Below are positions 54,988-64,000 of a stretch of 64,000 nt of DNA, in pieces. The first letter of the stretch is position 1. Each line of letters starts with the position of its first letter. Below the pieces are notes generated by a model. The model was not told the origin of the DNA. It saw nothing but the letters and a program-made list of their open reading frames with translations, and did no database searches. A program made the translations under genes and the position numbers. The DNA is from Minisyncoccia bacterium (lineage in GTDB: Bacteria > Patescibacteriota > Minisyncoccia > Phycocordibacterales > PALSA-1337): contig JBEKVT010000002.1 of the NCBI GenBank assembly GCA_049997795.1, positions 1,664 to 65,663 of the forward strand, written 5' to 3'.

Positions 54988-55161
54988 ATGTCAGCATCCG
55001 GCAATTTTTTCCAAGTCATCGCCAAAACGGCTTTTGAATGGGCGTATGGGGGATTGAGAACTATAGCAGTCGCGCACGGCTTGGCGATATTGGAAGTGCT
55101 TGTCTTATTGGTCGTCATCGTCATCCTTATTAAAATATACCACCGCATAAAGATAAAATGA
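54988..55161 (+). CDS. Possible small hydrophobic protein (57 aa), low confidence
   Basis: ORF MSASGNFFQVIAKTAFEWAYGGLRTIAVAHGLAILEVLVLLVVIVILIKIYHRIKIK overlapping rpiB start by 4 nt. Confidence 0.25.
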   Translation: MSASGNFFQVIAKTAFEWAYGGLRTIAVAHGLAILEVLVLLVVIVILIKIYHRIKIK

Positions 55162-55625
55162 GCAAAGACGCAAAAACGATCATTCTCGCCGCCGACCATG
55201 CGGGCTTCAAGCTGAAGGAAGCAGTTAAATCGTTCTTGGAAGCGAAGAAGTTCCGGGTCCTGGACGTCGGCGCTCATGAATATACGGAAGACGACGATTA
55301 TCCGGTTTACATGACGGCTGCGGCCATGAAAGTGGCGGAAGATCTAAGCGGGGAGACGAAGGCGGTGATCTTCGGCGGCTCGGGGGCAGGGGAAGCCATC
55401 GTGGCCAATAGATTCCCAGGCGTCCGGGCTCTGGTCTGGTACGGCGGCAATAAGGAAATCTTGAAGCTGTCTCGCGAGCACAATAACGCAAATGTCCTGT
55501 CGATGGGCGCCAGATTCGTGGACGAAAGTACTGCCAAGGAAGCAATCGAATTGTGGTTTTCCACGCCATTCTCGAACGAAGAGCGGCACAAGCGCAGGAT
55601 CCAGGAGATAGACAACATCGAGTGA
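55158..55625 (+). CDS. rpiB: Ribose-5-phosphate isomerase B
   Basis: RpiB/LacA family patterns (AADHAGF..., GGSGAGEAIVANR). Confidence 0.85.
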   Translation: MSKDAKTIILAADHAGFKLKEAVKSFLEAKKFRVLDVGAHEYTEDDDYPVYMTAAAMKVAEDLSGETKAVIFGGSGAGEAIVANRFPGVRALVWYGGNKEILKLSREHNNANVLSMGARFVDESTAKEAIELWFSTPFSNEERHKRRIQEIDNIE

Positions 55626-56311
55626 TGAGCAAGATCGAGATAATCCCGGCGATCCTTCCCAAGGACTTCAAAGAGATTGAAGACAAGGCCGTCATGGTGA
55701 AGGGCCTGGTGAAGACCGTGCAGATCGACATCTGCGACGGTCATTTCGTGCCTTCATTCACTTGGCCCTACAAGAAGCATGACGATTCTTTCGAGAAGAT
55801 AGTCCATGAGGAAGAAGGCCTGCCGTGCTGGCAAGATCTTGATTACGAATTCGATCTGATGGTCGATAGTCCGGAGAAAGTCGTCGACGAATGGGTGGAG
55901 GCCGGCGGGAGCAGGATCATCGTCCACGCGGAGTCGAAGGGCAACGTCGGTAAAGCGATCGATATCTTGCAAGACCGCGTCGAGATCGGGTTGGCCCTGA
56001 ATGAAGACACGCCGCTCGACGCCATCAATCCCTACCGTGAGAAGATAAACTTCGTCCAGCTCATGGGCATAGATAAGATCGGCTTCCAAGGCCAGGCTTT
56101 TGACGAGAAGGTGGACGGCAGGATAAAGGAAGCCAGGATAAAGTTCCCGGGCTTACCGATCTCGATCGACGGCGGAGTCTCATTAGAGACAGCGCCGGAG
56201 CTCGTTGCCGCAGGCGCTGACAGGCTGGTGGCAGGATCAGCCATATTCAGTTCCGACAACGTGGTGGAAGCCTTGGAGAAGTTCAAACGGCTCTCTTCAC
56301 GGCCGAAGTGA
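55625..56311 (+). CDS. rpe: Ribulose-phosphate 3-epimerase
   Basis: MSKIEIIPAILPKDF...DICDGHFVP signature; ATG overlaps rpiB stop. Confidence 0.85.
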   Translation: MSKIEIIPAILPKDFKEIEDKAVMVKGLVKTVQIDICDGHFVPSFTWPYKKHDDSFEKIVHEEEGLPCWQDLDYEFDLMVDSPEKVVDEWVEAGGSRIIVHAESKGNVGKAIDILQDRVEIGLALNEDTPLDAINPYREKINFVQLMGIDKIGFQGQAFDEKVDGRIKEARIKFPGLPISIDGGVSLETAPELVAAGADRLVAGSAIFSSDNVVEALEKFKRLSSRPK

Positions 56312-56326
56312 TATAATAAAGGCGAG

Positions 56327-57208
56327 ATGCCTCTCACCGACGAAAAAGTCAAGTTCTTGGAAGGCAAGGCCGCGGACATCCGCCGATCTATCATCGAGTC
56401 ATTGATCGAGGCCAAGTCAGGCCACACCGCCGGACCGCTCGACATGGCGGATATCTTCACATATTTATATTTCCACGCCTTGAAGCACGATCCGAAGAAG
56501 CCAGACTGGGAGTATCGCGATCGCTTGGTATTGTCTAACGGCCATATATGTCCTGTCTTGTACGCTACCATGGCTCACGCTGGCTATTTCCCAGTGTCCG
56601 AATTGAAGACCTTGCGCAAGCTGGGAAGCCGCCTGCAGGGCCATCCGCATCGCGATTGGCTGCCCATGCTCGAGACCTCTTCAGGACCTCTCGGATCGGG
56701 CCTATCCCAGGCCGTTGGCATGGCTCTGGCCGACCGCATCGACAACGGCAGGTCCTCCGGCCGTCAGATCTATTGCCTGATGAGCGACGGCGAGCTGGAT
56801 GCCGGCAATTCATGGGAAGGGGCGATGTTGGGCGGCAAAGAAAGGCTCCAGAACCTGACCGCCATAGTGGACAGGAATAACATCCAGATCGACGGCTTCA
56901 CGGAGGACATCATGCCTTTGAACCCGCTCCTCGATAAATGGCGGGCCTGGAATTGGCACGTCCAGGAGATAAACGGCAATGATTTCCGCGACATAGACCG
57001 GGCGGTGGGTGAAGCTCATGCCGTCTTTGACAAACCTTCCGTCATCATCGCCAACACCATCCCTTCGAAAGGCATCCCTGAATTCGAGCGCAAATTCGAA
57101 TGGCACGGCAAGCCGCCGACCACGCCGGAGGAGATAGAGACGGCGCGCAAGGCCTTGAGGGAGGTGCGCACAATGGGCGGCAAGGTCGAAGCGCCGCACA
57201 ACGATTGA
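56327..57208 (+). CDS. tktA: Transketolase, N-terminal (TPP-binding) subunit
   Basis: SGHTAGPLDMADIF, GDGELDAGNSWEG TPP motif; separate ORF from C-terminal half. Confidence 0.85.
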   Translation: MPLTDEKVKFLEGKAADIRRSIIESLIEAKSGHTAGPLDMADIFTYLYFHALKHDPKKPDWEYRDRLVLSNGHICPVLYATMAHAGYFPVSELKTLRKLGSRLQGHPHRDWLPMLETSSGPLGSGLSQAVGMALADRIDNGRSSGRQIYCLMSDGELDAGNSWEGAMLGGKERLQNLTAIVDRNNIQIDGFTEDIMPLNPLLDKWRAWNWHVQEINGNDFRDIDRAVGEAHAVFDKPSVIIANTIPSKGIPEFERKFEWHGKPPTTPEEIETARKALREVRTMGGKVEAPHND

Positions 57209-57226
57209 TCCATACCGACGATCATC

Positions 57227-58228
57227 ATGCTCAATCCAGACCTAAAACTGAATCTTAAGCTCTTCGATGCCGATGTCGATCAGATACCTATCCGCCAGGG
57301 TTTCGGCGAGGGCTTGTTGAAAGCGGCCGAGATGGATAAGCGCGTCGTGGGGTTGTGCGCCGACCTGACTGAGTCCACGCATATGCTGGCTTTCAAACAG
57401 AAATTCCCGGACAGATTCGTAGAGATCGGGGTGGCAGAACAGAATCTGGCGACTGTGGCTTCCGGTATGGCGGCCATGGGCAAGATCCCGTTCATCTCCT
57501 CGTACGCCATGTTCAGCCCGGGCAGGAATTGGGAGCAGATCCGGACTACCGTCGCCTACAACAACCGGCCGGTGAAGATAGCCGGTTCGCACGCCGGTGT
57601 GTCGGTTGGACCGGACGGCGGTACACATCAGGCCATAGAAGACCTGGCCATCACCCGAGTCATCCCGCGTATGGTCGTCATTTCGCCATGCGATGCCATT
57701 GAAGCCAGGAAAGCTACCTTGGCGGCGGCTAAGACCGACTCACCGACCTACATCCGTCTAGCCCGCGAGAAGACGCCGATAATGACAACGGATGACACGC
57801 CATTTTCCATAGGCAAGGCTGCCATCTTCTTCATGCCTGAAAATGGCAAGAAGGCCGACGTGGCTATCATCGCTACAGGCGCTCTCCTCCATAGGGCTTT
57901 GAAGACCGCCAAAGAATTGGAAGGGAACGGCAAAAACGTCACAGTGATGAACCTTTCGACCATAAAGCCCCTGGACGCCGACGCCGTCATCAATCTAGCT
58001 CATGAAGCCGGGGCCGTCGTCACGGTAGAAGAACATCAGGTCGCCGGGGGCATGGGTTCGGCCGTGGCGGAATGCCTGGCGGCGCATTATCCCGTTCCCA
58101 TCGAATTCATAGGCATCAAGGACAGATTCGGCCAGTCTGGAAGACCGGATGAGCTGATCGAACTCTATGGCATGGGAGAGAAAGATATATTGGATGCGGC
58201 CAGGAAGGCCATGGTCAGGAAGAAATAA
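57227..58228 (+). CDS. tktB: Transketolase, C-terminal (pyrimidine-binding + C-domain) subunit
   Basis: FVEIGVAEQNLATVASGMA, GPDGGTHQAIEDLA motifs. Confidence 0.85.
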   Translation: MLNPDLKLNLKLFDADVDQIPIRQGFGEGLLKAAEMDKRVVGLCADLTESTHMLAFKQKFPDRFVEIGVAEQNLATVASGMAAMGKIPFISSYAMFSPGRNWEQIRTTVAYNNRPVKIAGSHAGVSVGPDGGTHQAIEDLAITRVIPRMVVISPCDAIEARKATLAAAKTDSPTYIRLAREKTPIMTTDDTPFSIGKAAIFFMPENGKKADVAIIATGALLHRALKTAKELEGNGKNVTVMNLSTIKPLDADAVINLAHEAGAVVTVEEHQVAGGMGSAVAECLAAHYPVPIEFIGIKDRFGQSGRPDELIELYGMGEKDILDAARKAMVRKK

Positions 58229-58406
58229 GCCCTTAAGCGCTCTCCACATCCTGCCTTTACAGGATGCGTCAGGGTGATAAAATATCGCCATCATGGATTT
58301 CCGAGTTATCGAGGCCGTCAAGCTCGCCTGCCTTAGCGTCGTCATCGACGCCTTGGTTGGAAGCCGGCCTTTGTAACGAATCTCCCAAAATTGGTTACAG
58401 GAACGG

Positions 58407-58442
58407 GCTTCCAACCGGAAGCCCGTTTTGTTCATCCTGCCG
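58407..58442 (+). terminator. Intrinsic terminator (11-bp stem AACGGGCTTCC/GGAAGCCCGTT + TTTTGTT)
   Basis: Seen in sequence, ~180 nt after tkt stop. Confidence 0.5.
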
Positions 58443-58700
58443 CAAGTGCGGACAGGAACGAGAACAGATTTGCACCTTAAACGATCGAAATATCACGCCT
58501 ATGAACGACGGAATTGATTACGACAAGATGTGCGATGAGATCGTGGAACAGATGAGAAGAGACAGCCAAACGACCATATTGATCACTCTTCCGCCGCCGA
58601 TATCAGTCACATTCCCGATCTCGGATCAACCGGCGCCGGCCGTAGCCGATGCCGGCATCGGCGGACATGAATTCATGGACTGATAATGGGAGATCGGTCC

Positions 58701-58732
58701 GCGAGCCGCTGCGAACACCAGCGGCTTTTTTA
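58701..58732 (+). terminator. Intrinsic terminator (AGCCGCTG...CAGCGGCT + TTTTTTA)
   Basis: Seen in sequence, 25 nt before uvrB -10. Confidence 0.6.
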
Positions 58733-58755
58733 TCCCCTTATGCTATAGTCTTGCC

Positions 58756-60795
58756 ATGCCGTTATTCAAGCTATCCACGAAGATGAAGCCGGCCGGCGAC
58801 CAGCCAGGGGCCATAGAGGCCCTGGTCGGCGGCCTCAAAAAAGGTCTCGACAGAGAGACGCTCTTCGGTGTGACCGGCTCGGGCAAGACCTTCACCATGG
58901 CCAACGTCATAGCCGCATACGGAAGGCCGACCCTGGTCATCGCCCACAACAAGACTCTAGCCGCCCAGTTGGCCCAGGAGTATCGCGAGTTCTTCCCAGA
59001 AAATGCCGTCCAATATTTCGTCTCTTACTATGATTACTATCAGCCTGAGGCTTACATACCGGCTTCCGATACTTACATCGAGAAAGAGGCCATGATCAAC
59101 GAGGAGATCGAGCGCCTGCGGCACGCTTCCACCCAGGCTCTTTTGACCAGGAAAGACGTGATAATCGTGGCTTCGGTCTCTTGCATCTACGGCTTGGGCA
59201 GTCCCGAAGAATACGAAAGGGTTAATCTGAAACTGTCGGCCGGTATGGAACTGTCCCGCGCCGAACTGATCCGCAAACTCATAAACATCCACTTTGAGCG
59301 AACCAACGCCGACATCAACCCGGGCCGATTCAGGGCCGTCGGCAACGTTCTGGAGATCATGCCGGTCAACGAGAAAACCGTCTATCGGATCGAATACGAT
59401 GCCGGCAAGATAAGCGATATCATCGAGCTCGACCCGGTGACTATGAGGATCAGAAAGCGCCACAAGACCGTCTTCGTCTTCCCGGCCAAGCATTTCATAT
59501 CGAGCGAAGATCAGGCGAAGAAAGCCCTGGAGACCATCCAGACCGAGCTTGCGGATCGTCTGAAGACCCTCGAGAAAGAGGGCAAGGCCCTCGAGGCGGA
59601 AAGGCTGAAGAGGCGCGTCAAATACGACCTGTCCATGATCCGCGAGATCGGCTACACGAACGGCATCGAGAACTATTCACGGCATTTCTCCGGAAAGATG
59701 CCCGGGGAGCCGCCGGATACGCTTTTGTCGTATTTCCCGCACAAAGCCGACGGCAGGGCGGATTTTCTGACTATTATCGACGAGTCGCACGTCACCGTGC
59801 CCCAATTGAACGGCATGTACGCCGGCGATGCTTCACGCAAGGAGACTCTGGTCGAGCACGGCTTCCGCCTGCCCTCGGCCAAGGATAACCGCCCGCTCAA
59901 GTTCCCGGAATTCCTAGAGAAGGTCGGGCCGATCGTCTACACGTCGGCCACGCCGGGCGATTACGAGAGGAAGACGAGTGGGCTCATAGTCGAACAGGTC
60001 ATCCGACCGACCGGCCTGGTCGACCCTGAGATCGACATCAAGCCTCTCGCGGAAAAAGGGAAGCATAAGGGCCAAGTCTTCGATTTCATAGACGAAGCCG
60101 CGGCCGTCATCAAGAAGGGCGACAGGGTCTTGGCTACGACCCTGACCAAGAAGATGGCCGAGGATCTGGCCGAATTCTTGAAGGAGAAGGGCACCAGGGC
60201 GAACTATCTACACAGCGGCGTGAAGACCATCGACCGGATAGGCGTCCTCACCGATTTCAGGAAGGGCAAGTTCGATTGCTTGGTGGGCGTCAACCTGCTC
60301 CGCGAAGGGCTAGACCTGCCGGAAGTCTCCCTGATCGGCATCCTCGACGCCGACAAAGAGGGTTTCCTCCGTTCCGAGACCGCTCTCATCCAGACCATCG
60401 GCCGAGCTGCCAGGAATGCCGCCGGCCGCGTCATCCTCTATGCCGATACCGTGACGGACTCGCTCCGGACAGCGGCAAGCGAGACGGAGCGCCGCCGCGC
60501 TATCCAGACCGCCTATAATGCCGAGCACGGCATCACCCCGGAGACCATCCAAAAGCACGTCCACGACATCACCGAGGGCCTCCGGACCGGGCATGATAAG
60601 GCCGTGGACGAACTCGTCAGGCTGGACGAAGAGCTCTTGCGCCTCGACCCGAAGCTCCTCGTCCGCCAAAAAGAGGCGCAGATGACGGAGGCAGCCAGAG
60701 ACCTGGATTTCGAGACCGCCGCTCTTCTCCGCGACGAGCTCATCGTCCTCAAGGAGAGGCTGGGGATTGTACGCCCTAGCAGACGCCGGAAATAG
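58756..60795 (+). CDS. uvrB: Excinuclease ABC subunit B
   Basis: GVTGSGKTFTMA Walker A, helicase motifs, C-terminal UVR domain; extended -10 TGcTATAGT 6 nt before ATG. Confidence 0.95.
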   Translation: MPLFKLSTKMKPAGDQPGAIEALVGGLKKGLDRETLFGVTGSGKTFTMANVIAAYGRPTLVIAHNKTLAAQLAQEYREFFPENAVQYFVSYYDYYQPEAYIPASDTYIEKEAMINEEIERLRHASTQALLTRKDVIIVASVSCIYGLGSPEEYERVNLKLSAGMELSRAELIRKLINIHFERTNADINPGRFRAVGNVLEIMPVNEKTVYRIEYDAGKISDIIELDPVTMRIRKRHKTVFVFPAKHFISSEDQAKKALETIQTELADRLKTLEKEGKALEAERLKRRVKYDLSMIREIGYTNGIENYSRHFSGKMPGEPPDTLLSYFPHKADGRADFLTIIDESHVTVPQLNGMYAGDASRKETLVEHGFRLPSAKDNRPLKFPEFLEKVGPIVYTSATPGDYERKTSGLIVEQVIRPTGLVDPEIDIKPLAEKGKHKGQVFDFIDEAAAVIKKGDRVLATTLTKKMAEDLAEFLKEKGTRANYLHSGVKTIDRIGVLTDFRKGKFDCLVGVNLLREGLDLPEVSLIGILDADKEGFLRSETALIQTIGRAARNAAGRVILYADTVTDSLRTAASETERRRAIQTAYNAEHGITPETIQKHVHDITEGLRTGHDKAVDELVRLDEELLRLDPKLLVRQKEAQMTEAARDLDFETAALLRDELIVLKERLGIVRPSRRRK

Positions 60796-60813
60796 TCTGG
60801 TATAATGTCTTCC

Positions 60814-61461
60814 ATGCCTTCCGACGCCGCCAAAGAAAAGGTCCTGATAATCGAGAGCAACGGGACTTTCTGCGAACAGATCGGGGACGCTCTTAGGAAG
60901 AGCGGCTACATGACCATCCTGGTCAAGAACGGCCAGGAAGGCCTGAAAAGCATATACGACCTGTCGCCGCAGCTGGTCCTTCTCGACGTCGTCACGACGG
61001 GCGCTGACAGCTACGAGATCCTGGAAAAGAAACAGGCCGACCAAAAGCTCGCGGCTATACCGGTCTTCCTGATGTCATCCGAGGGCGTGCCGATAAATAT
61101 GCGCCGGGTCCCGCCAGGCAGCGTGGCCGAATTCATGATGGCCCTGCATCTCGATCCGGCCGACATCGTCGAAAAGGTTGATCGGTATTTCGGGCACGAA
61201 GCCGCGCCGGCGGCCGTCAATCCGGCGGTTGAGGCGGCTAAAAAGAAGATACTGTGGGTCGAAGATGACAAGCTAATCGGCACGATCCTGTCAAAGAAGC
61301 TCATCGCTTCAGGCTTCGATCTGTTCCACGCCAAGAACGGGGAAGAGGCCATGGAAGCCCTGAAGCAGGTGATCCCGGACGCTACCCAGAAATTCCTTGT
61401 GAAAGCGGCAGTCTCCCTGGACCAGATCGTCGAGGAGATAAGGAGCCTTTGCAGACAATAG
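60814..61461 (+). CDS. Response regulator with receiver domain(s), no output domain
   Basis: KVLIIE...LVLLDVVTTGADSYE and second ILWVEDD receiver-like segment; extended -10 TGgTATAAT 7 nt before ATG. Confidence 0.6.
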   Translation: MPSDAAKEKVLIIESNGTFCEQIGDALRKSGYMTILVKNGQEGLKSIYDLSPQLVLLDVVTTGADSYEILEKKQADQKLAAIPVFLMSSEGVPINMRRVPPGSVAEFMMALHLDPADIVEKVDRYFGHEAAPAAVNPAVEAAKKKILWVEDDKLIGTILSKKLIASGFDLFHAKNGEEAMEALKQVIPDATQKFLVKAAVSLDQIVEEIRSLCRQ

Positions 61462-61521
61462 CCGGTAAATATAGGGGGTGATTTGCCCGAAAGCCGAAAA
61501 TATGCTAGTATCCGCGCCACT

Positions 61522-64000
61522 ATGGCCGGAATCGCTAAGAAGCCGACGCGCGACGGCGATAAGATCGTCGTCAAGGGCGCACGCACCCATAACTTGAAGA
61601 ACATAACGGTCGAGATGCCGCGGAACGCCATGATCGCCGTGACCGGCTTGTCCGGCTCCGGCAAATCGTCGCTCGCGTTCGACACCATCTTCGCCGAAGG
61701 CCAGCGCCGCTACGTGGAATCGCTGTCCGCTTACGCCCGCCAGTTCCTGCATAAGCTCCAGAAGCCGGACGTCGACGAGATCTCCGGCCTGTCGCCGGCC
61801 ATCTCCATAGACCAGAAGTCCCGGTCGAACAACCCGCGCTCGACCGTGGCCACCATCACGGAGATCTACGATTACCTGCGAGTCCTTTTCGCCAGGGTCG
61901 GCAAGCCTCACTGCCTCGTCTGCGGCAGAGAGATCCACCGGATCTCGAAGGAAGAGATACTCGAGACGGTCCTCCATACGGTCACGGCCCAATCCACGCG
62001 GGCCAAGAAAGTCTTCGGGGTCGGCATCGACAGCGCTAAGGTCAGAGTCTACGCGCCCGTGGTGGTCGGCCGGAAAGGGGAGTATTACCAGCTGCTCTAC
62101 GACCTTCTCGGCAAGGGCTACGACCGGGTGCGCATAGACGGCAAGATCCACCGCCTGCGCGACCGGATAATCCTCGAGAAGAACAAGAAACACTCGATAG
62201 ATGTCCTGGTCGACGAGCTTTTTATAAGCGAGTTCAACGACAAGAAGCAGTCCGACAACGCCCGCGAGCGCCTGTCCGAGGCCTTGGAGCAGGCCATTCA
62301 TGAGGCCGACGGCCTGATTCGGCTGGAATACCCCGGGGAAGAGAAGCTTCTGTCTGTCAGATTCATGTGCCCTTACGACGGCTTCTCCTATCCGGACGTC
62401 GAACCGCGCCTATTCTCGTTCAATTCCCCTTACGGGGCCTGTCCGGCCTGCAACGGCCTAGGCACGGAGAGCATATGGAGCGACAAGCCGTGCCCGGTCT
62501 GCAAGGGCGGGCGCCTGCGCGAAGAGGCTCTGCACGTCATCGTGGACGGCAAGAACATCGTCGACGTGGCAGCCCTGTCCATAGAACGCGCCGTCGATTT
62601 CTTCAAGGACATCAAGCTCTCCGACGCAGAGAAGGAAATAGCCAAAGTGGTCTTGAAGGAGATCGACGCCCGCCTCTCGTTCATGGTCAACGTCGGCATA
62701 GAATACCTGACCCTGGACCGCCGGGCCGGCACTCTCTCGGGCGGGGAAGCCCAGCGCATCAGGCTGGCTTCCCAATTGGGTTCCGGCCTGGTCGGCGCTC
62801 TTTACGTCCTGGACGAGCCGACCATCGGCCTCCATCAGAAGGACAACAGCAGGTTGATCGGGACGTTGCTCCATCTCAGGGATCTCGGTAACACCATCCT
62901 CATCGTCGAGCACGACGAAGACACCATGTTCTCGTCCGATTATATCGTTGACATCGGGCCTGGAGCCGGCATCCATGGCGGCAGAGTGGTCGTCTCCGGC
63001 TGGCTCGACGAATTGCTGACGGCCAAGAAGAATCCGTCGGGCTCGCTCACCCTGGCCTATCTGCGCGGCGAGAAGAAGATAGATATGCCGGAGAAGCGCC
63101 GCGAGCCGAAAGGTAAGCTTATGATCCGCGGCGGCCGAGTCTTCAACATCAAAGATATGGACGTGGACGTGCCGCTCGGGTCGTTCAACGTCATCACCGG
63201 CGTCTCCGGCTCCGGCAAATCGTCTCTCATGCATGAGATCATATACCGGAACCTTGAAGCCAGGTTGGGCTTGCGGTACCGCTCGGCCGAGACGGTCAAT
63301 TGCCGGTCCTTCACCGGCAGCGAATATCTCGGCCGGGCCGTTTTCATAGACCAATCGCCGATCGGCCGGACCCCGCGCTCCAATCCAGTGACTTACACCG
63401 GCGCCTGGACGCATATCCGGGACCTCTTCGCGGCCGAACCGGAAGCTCGCGCCAGGGGCTGGGGTCCCGGCCGTTTCTCTTTCAACCGCCCCGGCGGCCG
63501 CTGCGAGGCCTGCGAGGGGAACGGCGAGATAGCCGTGGAGATGCATTTCCTGCCGACCGTCTACGTGACCTGCGACGTCTGCGGCGGCAAGCGCTTCACC
63601 AAGGAGACGCTCGACATACGGTACCGCAAGAAGAGCATCCATGACGTCCTGGAGATGACCATCGAGGAGGCCCTCGGCTTCTTCGAGGACATCCCGGCGG
63701 TCTATGACCGCCTACGGACGCTCTACGAGGTCGGCCTCGGCTACCTGAAGCTCAGCCAATCGGCCACCACTCTCTCCGGCGGCGAAGCCCAGCGCGTCAA
63801 GATCTCGGCGGAACTCTATCGGGCCCACGTCCAGAAGACCATATACCTCCTCGACGAGCCGACGGTCGGCCTGCATTACGAGGACGTCAAGAAGCTCCTC
63901 GACATCCTGCAGAGGCTCGTCGACAAGGGCAACACCGTTGTGGTCATCGAGCACAACCTGGACGTCATCAAGAACGCCGACCACGTCATCGACGTCGGAC
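61522..64000 (+). CDS. uvrA: Excinuclease ABC subunit A (partial; runs off window end)
   Basis: MAGIAKKP...GLSGSGKSSLAFDTIFAEGQRRYVESLSAYARQFL; zinc-finger CxxC pairs; second ABC module GVSGSGKSSL. Confidence 0.9.
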   Translation, partial: MAGIAKKPTRDGDKIVVKGARTHNLKNITVEMPRNAMIAVTGLSGSGKSSLAFDTIFAEGQRRYVESLSAYARQFLHKLQKPDVDEISGLSPAISIDQKSRSNNPRSTVATITEIYDYLRVLFARVGKPHCLVCGREIHRISKEEILETVLHTVTAQSTRAKKVFGVGIDSAKVRVYAPVVVGRKGEYYQLLYDLLGKGYDRVRIDGKIHRLRDRIILEKNKKHSIDVLVDELFISEFNDKKQSDNARERLSEALEQAIHEADGLIRLEYPGEEKLLSVRFMCPYDGFSYPDVEPRLFSFNSPYGACPACNGLGTESIWSDKPCPVCKGGRLREEALHVIVDGKNIVDVAALSIERAVDFFKDIKLSDAEKEIAKVVLKEIDARLSFMVNVGIEYLTLDRRAGTLSGGEAQRIRLASQLGSGLVGALYVLDEPTIGLHQKDNSRLIGTLLHLRDLGNTILIVEHDEDTMFSSDYIVDIGPGAGIHGGRVVVSGWLDELLTAKKNPSGSLTLAYLRGEKKIDMPEKRREPKGKLMIRGGRVFNIKDMDVDVPLGSFNVITGVSGSGKSSLMHEIIYRNLEARLGLRYRSAETVNCRSFTGSEYLGRAVFIDQSPIGRTPRSNPVTYTGAWTHIRDLFAAEPEARARGWGPGRFSFNRPGGRCEACEGNGEIAVEMHFLPTVYVTCDVCGGKRFTKETLDIRYRKKSIHDVLEMTIEEALGFFEDIPAVYDRLRTLYEVGLGYLKLSQSATTLSGGEAQRVKISAELYRAHVQKTIYLLDEPTVGLHYEDVKKLLDILQRLVDKGNTVVVIEHNLDVIKNADHVIDVG

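Noticed and set aside
58264-58683. 139-aa ORF in the tkt-uvrB intergenic region
   Set aside because: Low-complexity Ser/Pro-rich N-terminal half, crosses a strong intrinsic terminator, no SD. Only the last 61 codons (58501-58683) remain as a weak small-ORF possibility.
61309-63642. Minus-strand ORFs 61309-62301 (330 aa) and 62458-63642 (394 aa)
   Set aside because: Antisense to uvrA, whose plus-strand translation shows both ABC modules and zinc fingers.

Overview
This 64-kb window is a high-GC bacterial chromosomal segment, read by eye without tools. Start codons I reassigned myself, and the coordinates of RNA genes, repeats and regulatory sites, may be off by a few nt; end coordinates of CDSs taken from the ORF track are exact. 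It is mostly housekeeping: ftsA-ftsZ preceded by rpsU-ybeY, hisS, lepB, pth, rpsA, gyrA, rpmF, nusB, rnc, a short SMC-like gene, clpB, alr, rpmG, rarA, miaA, parB, topA, dprA, serS, dacA-like, dus, a short dnaX, pyrD, and a pentose-phosphate cluster of gap, rpiB, rpe and a transketolase split into N and C subunits, then uvrB, a response regulator and uvrA; there are also 7 tRNA genes. The short dnaX, split transketolase, orphan solute-binding protein and pilin-like paralogs resemble minimal-genome Patescibacteria-type organisms, but this is inference only and the high GC is atypical for them. The accessory and unusual content is: (1) a tandem array of six paralogous small two-helix proteins with VirB2/TrbC-like pilin architecture (14255-16643), two lacking signal peptides, next to a DsbA-like gene; (2) two visibly AT-richer cassette islands (11236-12400 after gyrA; 29459-30635 between tRNA-Tyr and alr) whose small cargo genes are delimited by four copies of a ~30-nt direct-repeat motif resembling the 3' end plus trailer of the adjacent tRNA-Tyr, likely att remnants of tRNA-targeting integrative elements, with a SET-domain gene and a GGCT-like gene carrying an in-frame TAA as cargo; (3) a four-member family of 100-115 bp intergenic palindromic elements with a conserved core and covarying perfect arms; (4) extended -10 boxes 6-7 nt upstream of start codons in several genes, suggesting leaderless transcripts, alongside other genes with strong Shine-Dalgarno sequences; (5) a hinge-less 754-aa SMC homolog in the conserved rnc-smc position, and a NusB with a Nudix-like C-terminal domain. 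No CRISPR array, rRNA or recognisable transposase or integrase was seen.
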